A DNA stretch of 64,000 bases from Lingula anatina (taxonomy: Eukaryota > Animalia > Brachiopoda), in NCBI GenBank assembly GCA_051362555.1, contig CM120645.1, forward strand, positions 14,260,001-14,324,000, read 5' to 3'. Position numbers and translations under genes: made by a program. Shown in pieces: positions 29,125 to 40,906 of the stretch. Numbering within the stretch: the stretch's first letter is position 1; each line of letters begins with the position of its first letter. Under the pieces are notes generated by a model. That model had not been told where the DNA came from, ran no database searches, and saw only the letters and a list, made by a program, of their open reading frames with translations.

Positions 29125-32100
29125 TGCTATTATCACTTTTTCAGTGCCGGAGTTGGTAGAACTGGCACGTACATAGTTTTAGACAGTATGATACGACAGA
29201 TTCTAGACAAGCGAACTGTGAATGTGTGCGGTTTCCTCACACACATCAGGCACCAGAGGAGCTTCTTGGTGCAGACAGAGGTGGGTTGCAATCACATGTC
29301 ACAATTGTCACACCTAACACACTCCCCAGCAATTTCATGTCACAACCGTCACACCTAACACACTCCCCAGTTACACTTAAGTATGTTGACAGTCCAATAC
29401 AGCTTACACAACAGTCACATATACAACAATATGGATGGAGGCACTTGTCTTGTCTAATACAACAGTGGCACCTTACATGCTCATGTGATGCATTTACCAA
29501 TCAAATCTAACACACTTACACTTACTAATAACTCCTAACACAGACACACACTGCTATCTAGCCTTACATTCTGAACACAATCTGATTGTTTTCTTATCTG
29601 CAAGCCCAAAGTTTATTTATCAGCTTTGCCTCACAAATATTCCAACAGGGTAAAGATTAAAACCATGTCATGTATCCAGACCCCAGAGCTGAAAATTTGA
29701 TATCTTTCACAAACCTGAGCTTTTACCTGAGATTTACCTGAGCTTTGATTGATATTAACTTCATTTTCACTACTTCTATTTGTATTTTTTTTCCTCAGGA
29801 CCAGTACATTTTCATTCATGATGCCTTGTTGGAGTACATTCAAAAAGATGGTGACACAGAGGTTCTTAATTGTAAACTTAAAGAATTTGTAGAAGAAAAT
29901 CTGACATTTTGCAATGCAGAAGGAGAGTGTTTACTTGACAGGCAATATCAGGTATTAGTTAATCTGTTATCTTATGGTTTAATTATTATTACACTTTTGT
30001 GGGAAAGCTTTAACAATGAATAAGCTTCTTTTAAAAGTGTATGTATACCTGACAATAAATTATATTAATTTTATACGATCTATATTGACTCTTTCCAATG
30101 TTCTTTCACTTTTTGCCAGTATTTCATAAAATGTGAATTTTAAATTGCAGCTAGTAACAGAATACAAACCAAAAGACCACGAGTTTTCTCCTGCACATAT
30201 GATATATAATAAGAACAAAAATAGGTCTGAAAGGCTTTTGCCAGGTAAGCAGTTATGGTTTGAATGAAAGGATATTGATTGGGTACCTGCTGTTGAGTGG
30301 GTGTAGTTTGAAAATATAAAGTTAATGATTGGATATTTCTCAGTGTTTTTTTTTTTTTTTTTTTAAATTGAAAACATTATGCTTACTAAGGATTAAAGTC
30401 AAGTGTGAATAACTGGAGATTTATAGGAGGATACATTAATTTTTTGCAGGTGTTTGTTAATTTAGGTAATTAATGAATTCATTGTTCTTTGATAAAGGCA
30501 GTCACAAAGACTGCAGGATAACTATTATAGCACAATTCCCCATAATTTAAAGTAATGACATCATGGTACGTTTTGCTAAACAACAATTAACTTTAACTGA
30601 AAACAAAATTTGTCTTCCAGTGGACAAGAGTAGAGTTCATCTCCCAAAGCAGCCTGGCATAGACGGGTCAGACTACATCAATGCAACGTTCCTGCAGGTG
30701 ATTATCTGGTCCCTTTTGGTTTTCACACAGTTGTTAGCATTTGCCTTAACGTCTTCTTATCTTCAAGATGAGTATTACATTTGTTGGTGCAATGCAGACA
30801 CTAGGCAAAGGAGGGGGAGGGGGGAGTTCAGTGTACATCAACACCTTTGTGTTTGTGTGTGTTTTTATTCATTTCTGTTAATTTAAAAAGGCATGTAATT
30901 GGACACCTTTATCCCAAGATTGGTAACTCACTTATTTCTGATTTATTTGTCTTATTTTTATTTTAATTTATAGTGTTTTTTTTTTTCTTAATTTCAGGGC
31001 TATTTCAAAATCAATGAGTTTGTGATCACCCAGCACCCCCTGGGGACCACCCAGGAAGACTTCTGGAGGATGGTCTGGGACCAGAACTCAGCCACCATTG
31101 TGATGCTCTCGGAGGTCACTAAAGACGGGGTCAGTGAAATAGAGATGAAAATCTTCCAGATTTATCTGGTTATTTGTTTTATTTATTGAATTTTGATTAT
31201 GTTTTTTATAAGGTCCACTTTCATCTCTGGTAAAAGTCTGCTTAGCCAGACACGTAAATCAGACAAGTAGACGGCTACAAATAGTTCCCATTGTTATAGT
31301 GTTATTTGACCCTCTGTAATCGGCAGACTATATGTGAAAGCAGATTTTAAAAGGATCAACTGATAAATGTGACATAGGATTGATTAATGATAATTTGAAG
31401 AAATTGTGAAAGGAATCATTTTGGTGTTCATTTTCCAACAGTGCCCCATGTCTTGGTGTCACCATTAGTAAGTGTATCTGCAAGCACAATGTGTCCGGTG
31501 AAAAGAAAAGAAGTAGGAGATGAAGGTCGCTATTTGTGCTAACAGATTCTGTTGAATACAGTAGATCGCCATTTGATAGTTTGACACACACGCATACCCA
31601 CAGAGAGAGAAAGAGAGAGATAGGGGCTATGTTGGTGCAATCAATGCCAAGTCCACAGTGGTCTGGTTCACATCCTTAGAAGTTAATATTTAATTTTCTG
31701 TTTTCCAGGAATTTCCTGAATTTTGGCAAGGCAAGGATGAAACCCAAGAAATAGACAGTGGAAACTTCAAGGTGACCCAGACTGGGGAGGATTTCTCCCA
31801 GATTCACAACATTACCAGAGATTTCCTGATTGAGTCTAAACAGGTGGGTGTGGGTGTTCAAAAAAGTATGCTTATTATCCATTATCTTTACTTTATTACA
31901 TCACATTGCAGTTTCAATATTAATTGCTTGTAATCAATAGACCAGGCCCCGGTTTCACAAAAAAAACTTAAGTCAGGTTCCCTGGCTAAGAACTCAATTA
32001 CCAAGGTTACATGGTCAAATGGGCAAGTCTTACCCTATCAGGAGCAGTGTAACAGCACTCTCATGGAAATCCTAAACAACTAAACCAGGGAACTGACTTA

Positions 32101-33094
32101 AGTTTTTTTTTTTTTTTTTTTTTTTGTAAAACTGGGGCCAGGTTAAAATGAATCAATATTACTAGCCTAGCCATTTAACAATATTTACGTAACCTTAGCG
32201 TTGTTTATATTATATGTTCTACATTTTTAACCAGGATGACTACGAACTCACTTCGCGTATTATCTCTACGACTGCTTGGCCTGAGAGTTGCACTCCTCTG
32301 CACACAGTGCTGGAGTTCATTGACACAGTTGATAGCTGGCACAAGGAGCACCAGAATGGACCAATTATAGTTATAGACAAGTAAGTTGAGATGAGCAATA
32401 ATGTTCATCAGCTTGGTATTTGAATATGAATCATTTAATTATTCGATACATGATGGAAAATTCTCCTCGCCACGTGTTAGCTTGTGGTAAACTGGTCAGA
32501 GGCCTTTTTCAGACTGTTATGAGTATATGTTTCTCACCAGGACCTAATTGAGAATGTGAGGTAAATGGATGTCCCTCCCCTTCCCTCCCCCCCTCTAAAA
32601 AGTTTTTTTTTCCACTGGTATTTACTTCTTTTGTCTTTCTGTATTTTTATTTTTCCATGTGCATTTAAAATGTTATTTTAAAAGTGGAAAAAAAAAAGTT
32701 AAAACAAAATTGGTGTTCTGTTTCTACAGAGAAGGTGGGTCAGTGGCTGGCACTTTCTGTGCTCTTTACTCCCTGAACAACCAGAGAAAACATGAGGATG
32801 GGGTTGATGTCTACTCCCTGGCTAAAACGTACCATCTCATGAGACCTGGGATATTTTCATCAAAAGTAAGTGATGATTTACAAATGCGGATATGAGCAAA
32901 CGATATTCTCCGTGTTTTTAAAATTTTTGTTGCAGATAGAGATTTACCCATGGCTGGTTGGTCAGGCTTTGATTGCTAACACCAAGCTTTTTAAATGTAC
33001 TGATTGACACTTTTCTTGTTTTATTTTTGCAGGAAGCAAAAAAGTAACATAGATATGTGACCAAATTTGGTAGTGAATTAGAATTAAATAAACA

Positions 33095-33133
<39 letters not shown>

Positions 33134-33380
33134 TGAAATTGTGCAAAATCTGTTTCTAAAAATCCTAATTGTAAGCCATAAATTCTAGGATGACTACCAC
33201 TTTCTGTACAAAGTAATGGGCAGCATTGTGGAGTCCCAGCCTGACATTTTAATGGACATTAAAGGACGGATTGGATCAAGCGAAAGTCTTAACCATGGCA
33301 ACAATGGTCAGCCCTTGTCCACTTGGGCACATGGACTGAGCCTGAAGAGGAATGAAGAGCAGACGACCACCACTGTTTAG
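11429..33380 (+). CDS. Receptor-type protein tyrosine phosphatase, Ptp99A / R5 (PTPRG/Z)-like: signal peptide, Ig, 4x FN3, TM, PTP-D1, PTP-D2
   Basis: Approximate exons: 11429-11489 (signal peptide [20 protein letters not shown]); 11687-12007 (Ig: LPC..WFK..DTGQYKC); FN3 exons 12325-12454, 12836-13020, 14920-15101, 16791-16905, 21810-22025, 22446-22541, 23313-23521, 24159-24294; TM 24563-24677; 25047-25129; 25588-25685; 26277-26369 (KNRYVNILP); 27184-27254 (DYINAN); 27562-27697 (YIATQGP..DFWRMVW); 27968-28123; 28709-28863 (WPDHGVP..VHCS); 29144-29280 (AGVGRTG); 29799-29951; 30151-30244; 30621-30697; 30998-31129; 31709-31843; 32235-32381; 32730-32865; 33189-33380 ending TTTV*. Confidence 0.93.
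17802..20516 (+). mobile_element. Non-autonomous Helentron/HINE-type element with internal tandem repeats, in a PTP intron
   Basis: Starts tttttatgtacagac-acagatgt-gtctgtaca (subterminal IR with palindrome), then a (GCCGAT/GTC)n microsatellite and duplicated ~0.9-1.2 kb cores (17821 vs 18731) with ~115 bp subrepeats; ends gtctgtaca + hairpin gacagctttgctgcc + ttgtt. Confidence 0.75.
22801..22957. mobile_element. Short MITE with hAT-like termini
   Basis: caggggcagatt ... gatccgcccct inverted termini; TSD unclear. Confidence 0.55.
23845..24170 (+). repeat. 45-47 bp minisatellite (~7 units) ending at a PTP splice acceptor
   Basis: Unit tcctatttcagtatgctctacatattgagtaacagactgtactga; AG positions 23884, 23929, 23976, (24023 mutated to AA), 24068, 24113, 24158. 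Confidence 0.9.
25725..26106. repeat. Compound (GT)n/GTTAGA microsatellite
   Basis: Direct reading of the sequence. Confidence 0.95.
26802..27137. mobile_element. Nested MITEs: inner element ~26816-26962 (CAG TSD) inside a palindromic outer MITE
   Basis: Inner cag|ggctccgtatctcgaacggttc...gaacctttcgagatacggagcc|cag; outer tagagcgcattcag...ctgaatgcacta with arms cagatccacagatcaaat / atttgatccgcagatctg. Confidence 0.75.
28188..28340. mobile_element. Degenerate palindromic MITE
   Basis: Arms tgattgactgttcccattcaggcc / ggccttaatgggagaatgtcaatca. Confidence 0.55.
31946..32138. mobile_element. MITE with CAG TSD (PIF/Harbinger-like)
   Basis: cag|gccccggtttcacaaaaaaacttaagtcag ... ctgacttaagt(T)n gtaaaactggggc|cag. 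Confidence 0.75.
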
Positions 33381-35364
33381 GTTGTCAGAAAGAATAGTGG
33401 GAATAGAACATGAATGAAAATTCCTTAAAATATCAACAGGAATTTGAAAGGCAGTAGAAAGGACAGCATAGCAAGTGTCTGTTCTTCATATTCCTCAAAA
33501 GAGGTAGGGATATTGTTAGGTTTAGTTTGGGAGAAAGTACATATCGCAATAAGGGCTGGTGGTGTGTTTTACTGTGGCCAAGATGCACATAGGTGCAATC
33601 TTTGCAGTCGCTTTTAACTACAAGAACTGCTTTAAAAGTTTTGGGTGATGTTTGATCCAGAAGTTGTTAAGGGTAAAGGTGCTTTAAACAGCAGGACATG
33701 AAGGAGCATTTTCTTTATGGAGCTTTCATAACTGCAGGACTAAAAAAAGAGTTGTCATTTAGTTTGCTGAATGTTGCTTCAAAAGCTGGAACCGCAGCAA
33801 GGGAATAAACTGCCAGGCAATGGACAGCTTACAGTAAAAAGAATATAATTTTTGAATAGTTTATAGTGTTATTGTAGCATATTTACACATGCATATAAGT
33901 ATCTGTATTTTCCCATTGCTGTGTTAACGGTTTTCTAAAGAAGTGAAGGAGCTCTCAAATTCACATTGGTAAATGCTTCCCACTTTGCCCTCATTCTTTT
34001 TCTCTGGTGGCCATATTTGATAGATAGACACATTTGAATCGAAATGGAATGGAGTAGAAGCAAGTTGTCTTGGACATGATAGTATTACATGACGTCTGCG
34101 GGAATGGCATATGAGCCTGTGGTAGCTCTTTGACCACATGACCCATACAAACCAATCACAAATGTCATTTTTTCCCCAACTTGTTGGTCACATGGTTCAT
34201 TTGAACCAATCACAGTGCTATCATGAAAATTAAAAATGCTTCAATCCAAAAGGTGAAGTGCAATTGATTAAACTTTTTTTCGCATTTAATTTCAAAATCT
34301 CTATTGGTATAAAATGTTTGTTTCATTTTATAGTGTGCATCATCGAAAATCAAGTCTGCTTTCATTTAAAAGTAGTTTTTTTTAAGATTAGTGTATAAAA
34401 AATGATACAACAAAGGTATCATATATCTTGTTTCTTCCCTTACTTAAATTATTCTCATATAAAGGTGCATTCACATGATAATGAAGACTATTATAAACTA
34501 AAAATAAGTCTGAAAAGGGGTTCCTCACTTGCCCTTTCCAACAGATGTTGTAAATTAGGCCTATTTTCTTGTTTTGAGTGAATAGAATATGATGAGAAGT
34601 CCTGGAAAGGACAAGAAATGATGTAACAATGGGCACAATCTATAGTACCTCCATCCTTCTTATTTTATACTTTTCTAAAGACATTCCTATATATCTGTTT
34701 TCTTTAATAGAGCCTTGGTTTGAAAGTAGTTGGAGATGGCTTTTAGATAATACATTTCTGATCTCAAATTTATATATTTTACCCTGTGGACTGTACAGAA
34801 AAAATATTTTACTTGGTTTTGTATAATAATAAGAGTTCACATTTCTGACTAATTTCGCAACATCTCTTTCACTTTTTTCTCCATTGAACCTCTTCCCCCC
34901 AAAAAATTTGAACAGTTACTATATTTCTTACCCATAACCAAATGCCTGAGCCATCCACTACGCGTAACATGTAAGTCCATATACAAGTCATGTGCTGAGT
35001 CTGTTAAAGAATATTCATAGAATATCTTTTAATCCTGTTGGGGGTTTCATCAGGAATATTCTTCAATGTAACTATATACAAGTCCAGTGAAACAATTTGC
35101 TTAAGTGTTGACTCTGTTATCAGTGGTGGTTTTAGTGGATTATATTTTGTAACCTAAAGCTTTGTAAAGTTTAACCCATATACATATTATTTTGTACTGT
35201 TATATTTATGTGCCATGAATAGAATGTTTCTACACCAGGAATATTAATCAAACTTGTTAACAACATTAGACATTATGGTTCTACAATTTCATCAAATGCA
35301 AATATCCTTTCAACTTATTTTTACTGGAACTTGCCTTGTCTATCTATCTATCAGTCTATCTATC

Positions 35365-35419
<55 letters not shown>

Positions 35420-36916
35420 TTGATGAGCATAACTTGTCAGCATTTGGCTATAAGAAAAGATTCGACTTAAACTGTCCTGTTATTTGACCTGACAAGTTTC
35501 AGTAAGAGTAAGTTGAAAGGTTAGCAGCATTTGTATTGGAGGCTAATGTTTTATTTTCACAATGGCATGAAATAATTAAAATAATGTTGATTGACGAAAA
35601 AATTCTCCCCCTCCATGCACTAGAACAGAATAATATATTTCATTTTCTATTATATCATATATTTGTATATTTTCTGATAGGCATGTTTTCAAAGTAATGT
35701 ATCAAGATGGATAGTACTGAGAATTGTATGGGGGTCATCCAAGATAGTACAGGATTTTGAATTTTGCGTAAGATCAAGCTAGACTGAACATGATTTGTAG
35801 GAGAATGAGGTCAGAAAAAGTTTCGCCTTTATTGCTTTTAAGTTCACGTGATTTCTGGTTGTATGTGCAATGACATGCAGTGCCAAAAGCCTAGTTTCAG
35901 TCTATCTGAGATGATCCTCATTAAAATTCCAGGAAAGGTGACAACAGCATTTTTGTTAAGACTGTCAATTAATTTTTTTTATATATATAACGTGCCAGAA
36001 ATGTTGTCACAAGTCGCCAAATTAACCTTTTGCTTCTCCTCTACTGCAAATTGTATATTACAAGTATGATGATGTGTATCCAGAAAACTGAATCAGATGT
36101 GTTTTGTAAATATTTTACCTTAACTGTATACTTACAATTTTATACATATTATTTTATGAACCTCAGTGCATTTAGATTTGCCAGAGATCATGAAACAAAG
36201 TGGGGTCAAATATTTGTTTATGGGGGATATCTGGAAAGAGAAATTAAATACACTCCATAATAACTTTATATAATATATATGTGATTAAAAATTCAGTTAG
36301 CTAGTGAAATATTATGACTTTAAAATGTTTTATAATATATATGTGTGTGATGATTAAAAGCTATAGATAATTATAAAGTAGGAGTTTCGTAGATGAAACC
36401 TGACTGAAGTAGTCTTTCAACTATGTTACTCATATCACTCAGATAAACGTGTGAATACAACACCAATTTCTGTATTGCTTATCATTTTGCTACATCATGG
36501 TGCATGCTATTCAGAAGAGCTTCCCTATAAAAAGTGTTATATATTATGCCATGCCATTTATGCAGGGAAACTTGTGTTTGATACCCTAAATTTGTGTTAT
36601 TGAGTCCCGTGTTAATGGCATTCTGTAATTTAGACCAAATCACATGGTTATGTAGTTACTCCATGATGGATCGAAGCAGATGGATCTGTTTACATTTGTT
36701 GACTTTGGACCGAAGAGTGTCCTACTTTCCATCAATAAGCATTCAGATTCACTTTGACTAAGTGTAAGTTTGTCGGTTAACGATGCCAGTAGGATATATC
36801 TGATTTGAAGTGGTCCTGTGTAAAACAGACTTGGAACAAAAATGCTGGGATTTGGGGATAACACATCAATTTTTTTAACTTAGCTTAACATTTGCTGAGG
36901 TGAAAAGTTTAACTTT

Positions 36917-36978
<62 letters not shown>

Positions 36979-37460
36979 GGTTGGAAAACATCCTTGACTG
37001 TCACATTTTAAAACTTTAGTATGCTTTATAAAAATAAATTCCATTTCCAATCATCATTGAAAGGTCTAAATTATGTGTATTGTATTTCACTATGCATACC
37101 AGAAAAAGCTGTTGCCACAGCAGAAACGTTTAAAAAGTTAATTTATCAAAAGAGCAGTCTACTTTTTGTAACGTGATATATTGTAAAAGGCTTAAGTACT
37201 GAATATGTGTTGGTATTTCTGTTTTTCATTCACTTTCTTCAGTGATATTTGCTACCACAGCAATAGTTTGTTACTATTCCACTGACTTTTCAACATGTAG
37301 TCATTTTCTTTGGTTCTTTCCTTCTGGTAAAGATTGCATGACTTGATAATTTAAAGTCAGTATTGGATGTCTGTGGTAAATAATAATCACCAACTTGTGA
37401 GAGTGACATTTTTTTAAAAAAATAAAAGTCTTTCTAATAAATCAATTTTAAAACTTGTGT
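33381..37460 (+). other. Probable long 3'UTR of the PTP gene
   Basis: No convincing coding exons after the stop; paired AATAAA at ~37421 and ~37436 followed by a GT/T-rich tract. Confidence 0.45.
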
Positions 37461-37582
37461 TGTTTTGATTTTGAACATTTGATAGCATTTCAGAGTACAA
37501 ATAGCTTTGAAAATTTAATGCCAGATTGTTTATGCGAACCTTCTTTCCACCATCTGTCTAGAAAAGATCTGTAAGAGGGGCT

Positions 37583-37848
37583 TTTATTACCTCTGCCAAG
37601 GAAGTTATGTTTTCACCCCTGATTGTCTGTCTGTTTGTCTATCATCACTCAAAAAGTTATGGACCGATTTGGATGAAATTTTCAGGAACTGTCAGAAGTG
37701 GGCCAAGGAACAGATGATTAGTTTTTGGTGGTGATCCAGATCAACAGTCAATCAATAACAAAAAATATTGAAAATTGGGGTGAAACGGCATTGGATGGAG
37801 ACTTTGCTGCCTTGGCGGAGGTCTGCGCTCTCTGAGTGCTTTTCTAGT
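37583..37848 (+). mobile_element. Short Helentron/HINE-type element, absent from duplicate copy B
   Basis: ttattacctctgccaagg...(TGTC)n...ccttggcggaggt + hairpin gcgctctctgagtgc + ttttctagt; empty site ggggcttttatcatagaa at ~45080. Confidence 0.85.
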
Positions 37849-37972
37849 CATAGAATTGGGCAAATTTGAAGAATATTGTATGTTGAGTATTTTTGGATGT
37901 AAGGACAGGTCTCAAAATTCTAATATGGTCACCAAATTAAATATGGCTGCCTGGCAGACAGTTGCTTCTAAT

Positions 37973-38121
37973 GGGGCCGTAGCGATAGTCCGAAGGTTCA
38001 ACAGTCCGAAGGTTCATTGGTCCGAATGTTCACTATAGAACCTTCAGACCAATGAACCCTTGATTAAAAAATCGATGAAAATGGTACCATTTTTCGGACC
38101 AATGAACCTTCGAGACGCCCC
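37973..38121. mobile_element. MITE with 8-bp TSD CTTCTAAT, absent from copy B
   Basis: cttctaat|ggggccgtagcgatagtccgaagg...cgagacgcccc..cttctaat; copy B has a single cttctaat at ~45193. Confidence 0.9.
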
Positions 38122-38506
38122 CCTTCTAATACAGTGACTTAAAATCCTGAAATCCTGCTGTTCTAAAATTATCAAGCCCTGTATTAACATTAAAATTATT
38201 CAGTCAAATTTAAGCCCAAACATTATTTTTACCAAATGAAATAAATGGTGAGCTGCATTTTCATATGTCAAAAAATTAAATATCATTGAAACGGAAATGA
38301 ATTGAGGCTCGAAAATATTATATATTATTAACAAATTCAGTGCATCACATATTATATGACCTTGAGAGGTTTTGAATGTTCTTGAGGACCTTAATATATA
38401 TATATATATACTAAAGTTATGTAATTTCCCCTAAATTCATTCTTTATATTTACTAATTTTCTCATGCACCCTTTTACCCTAATAACCCTAAAACATGCAT
38501 GGTCTA

Positions 38507-40081
38507 TCATTCCCCCTTTGTCTTTACATCAGGTTTTCTACGATAAATTTTTGGAACAAGGGAGCACAAAACAAATTTACAAATAATCCAAATTACAATT
38601 AGAACACAAAACGCTGTAATGATGATGAAACCCATTACATCGAGCAATAAATACTGAAACCAGTTTAATCTCTCCATAGCTTGTGAATGAAAATGCATTG
38701 TCCCTTTGTTCCTGATTACATACTCGATCCAAAACCTCATCATTTCTTTGCCGTTCATCGGTTGATCACGAACAAGAGCAGAAGCACGTTTCGCACTTTC
38801 ATAATATGAGGGGTTAGTTAAGACTGATTTAATCTTGGCTTCAAACGCTTGTTCGGTGAGATTATAAAAGTCCAGTTCTTCACCCATCCCAATGCGTTGC
38901 ACCAACTTTTTTGCGTGACTAAACTGGTCAAAAAACAGGGGCACTGCAATCACAGGAACGCCGTGAAATAACGCCTCGTGGGAACTGCTGACGCCACAAT
39001 GGGTGATGAAAAGTCGAGCTTTTTCATGCCCCAAAAGATCATTTTGCGGTATCCATGGTAGCACCTTTGTATTATTCCCGAGTCCTTGGACATTGGATTT
39101 TGCGTTTCTTAATATCACTTTCTGAGGAAGACGCGCGAAAACTCGTGCTATCATTGCCATCGTTTCAGAGCTAAACCCTGCTATCATTGTCCCGAAGCTC
39201 ATGATAATGATACCGTGCTCTCCCGATGACTGCACGAACCTTTCCAATTCTTCTGGAAGAGGCTTGGCAGGATGGAAGAGCAGTCCGGAAACCGGCTTGA
39301 CCCAAGGCATGACTGGACGGGGGTAGTCAAATACAAAATCAACATTCACTATGACAAGTGATAATCTTGTTTGGGCTTCCCATAAAGACAACGACGTATT
39401 AAGATTGTATTTGAGTTTGGCCTCACTGAAAGGTACCCTCATTTTACCTGTGACATAACGTGCACCTAAAATAGACAATGCATTCGTTAATCTCTCCCAA
39501 AAATCCATCCTATCCGAGAACTTTCCAGTGGGTGATGGTACGTACGAAGGGTTGAGGGGAGAAGAAAAATACCTATCATTGCCAAATCCTAAATTCGAGT
39601 ACCCTACCCCAGGAATGTCCAAATAATCCCTCACTATGAGCCCCTGTGGTGAAATTACATCCATGAAAACCAGGTCGAACTCTTCGCTGACCATTTTCAG
39701 CATCACACCACTATCATTAAAAAGCGAGTCAAGTAAGTCTCTGCTGTATTCTATCCAACCAGACATAAACACGAATGGATCTTTCCGCATTTCGTGCAGA
39801 AACGTCTCCTCCGAAATCTCAAAAGGAAAGGTATCTAGTTTGAAAGTAATTGTACGTACTTTTTCTGGGACGTTCTTGGGGACGCAGTTGGAGGGAAGCA
39901 ACATGGCAACGTCGTGGTTGTGCTCCGACAGCATTTGACCAATCTTCACCATGTTCATGAGGCGAGAGGTTTGCTGATGAATATATGGGATCAGTAATAT
40001 CTTGGAACTTGAAATGTCCTCCACCTGTGTAGATACAACAAGCACGGCCACACACCACAAGGCTGTCGTTGCGATCCTCAT
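38507..40081 (-). CDS. Intronless membrane-bound UDP-glycosyltransferase (UGT/GT1), copy A
   Basis: Likely ATG at 40081 (MRIATTALWCVAVLVV signal peptide); UDPGT signature WIPQNDLLGHEKARLFITHCGVSSSHEALFHGVPVIAVPLFFDQ; LNWFQYLLLDV followed by TM; C-terminal KTKGE (KxKxx ER retrieval). Confidence 0.96.
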   Translation of the reverse strand: MRIATTALWCVAVLVVSTQVEDISSSKILLIPYIHQQTSRLMNMVKIGQMLSEHNHDVAMLLPSNCVPKNVPEKVRTITFKLDTFPFEISEETFLHEMRKDPFVFMSGWIEYSRDLLDSLFNDSGVMLKMVSEEFDLVFMDVISPQGLIVRDYLDIPGVGYSNLGFGNDRYFSSPLNPSYVPSPTGKFSDRMDFWERLTNALSILGARYVTGKMRVPFSEAKLKYNLNTSLSLWEAQTRLSLVIVNVDFVFDYPRPVMPWVKPVSGLLFHPAKPLPEELERFVQSSGEHGIIIMSFGTMIAGFSSETMAMIARVFARLPQKVILRNAKSNVQGLGNNTKVLPWIPQNDLLGHEKARLFITHCGVSSSHEALFHGVPVIAVPLFFDQFSHAKKLVQRIGMGEELDFYNLTEQAFEAKIKSVLTNPSYYESAKRASALVRDQPMNGKEMMRFWIEYVIRNKGTMHFHSQAMERLNWFQYLLLDVMGFIIITAFCVLIVIWIICKFVLCSLVPKIYRRKPDVKTKGE

Positions 40082-40906
40082 CTTGCTCACGTTGTTAACG
40101 TAGATGGGATGGAACCTAGGTGCGTTTCTTAGAGTCACGCAAGCCACCTAGCCGTTAATGCTGTACCTCAGTGATCTCGGCGTGTAACCGGTTTGCTTGA
40201 TAGCGACGCGACACTCCGCTATCGTATAAGCCAGTTGGTTGTTCTCTGAACTTGATAATTTCCTTAACAGACATAGCCCTTCGGCCTAACTGGCATAGTT
40301 GACTTCGTGAACCGTATGGATCCTAAATTTAACAGAGTCGCACACGCAGGAAGGCCCCTATATAGAGTGGAAACGTCTAAGATATGCCTAAATTGCACTG
40401 ACCACAGCCCACGCTATGTCCTATATAGATCTGTTTGAATGGAGCTGGACAAAGCGCGATTATCTAAAAGAGCTTTATTTAGGCCAACGAAGACCTATTC
40501 ATGGTACATGTATGAGAAGTGCAAGTAAAGCATAGGTTATATAGGTTGTCTGAAATTTAAGACGGTATGGGGTCATAACAACACGCGTCTGATAAAACGT
40601 GCCTCTCTAACTGAGATGTATTTAAAATACTCAATTACAATAGTCATGCTATTTGCTGCATTGCTCATACTCTGCCTGTATACTTCCCGTATTAATCCCT
40701 TTTTGTGTGGCATCAATGGGAGGCAGGCCTCAAGAAATCTTGGACATCGCACGCATTCACGGCCTCCGTGGCGTCTTCGATTATATCTACAGTGGCGGTG
40801 TAACAGGAACGCAAGTCCGCTAAGTACCGTTGTCCGCTTCCCATTACTTTGTACAGGTGACATTTATCCAATATACTAACCCCAGCACTCCAACTAACCC
40901 TATAAC

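Noticed and set aside
36640-36860. Structured RNA, SECIS or snoRNA in the PTP 3'UTR
   Set aside because: No complete motif set, and the PTP has no in-frame UGA in the exons I read.
40082-40147. N-terminal extension of the UGT ORFs (MACVTLRN...; also 47127-47192)
   Set aside because: It starts at GTG; the first ATG directly precedes a signal peptide.
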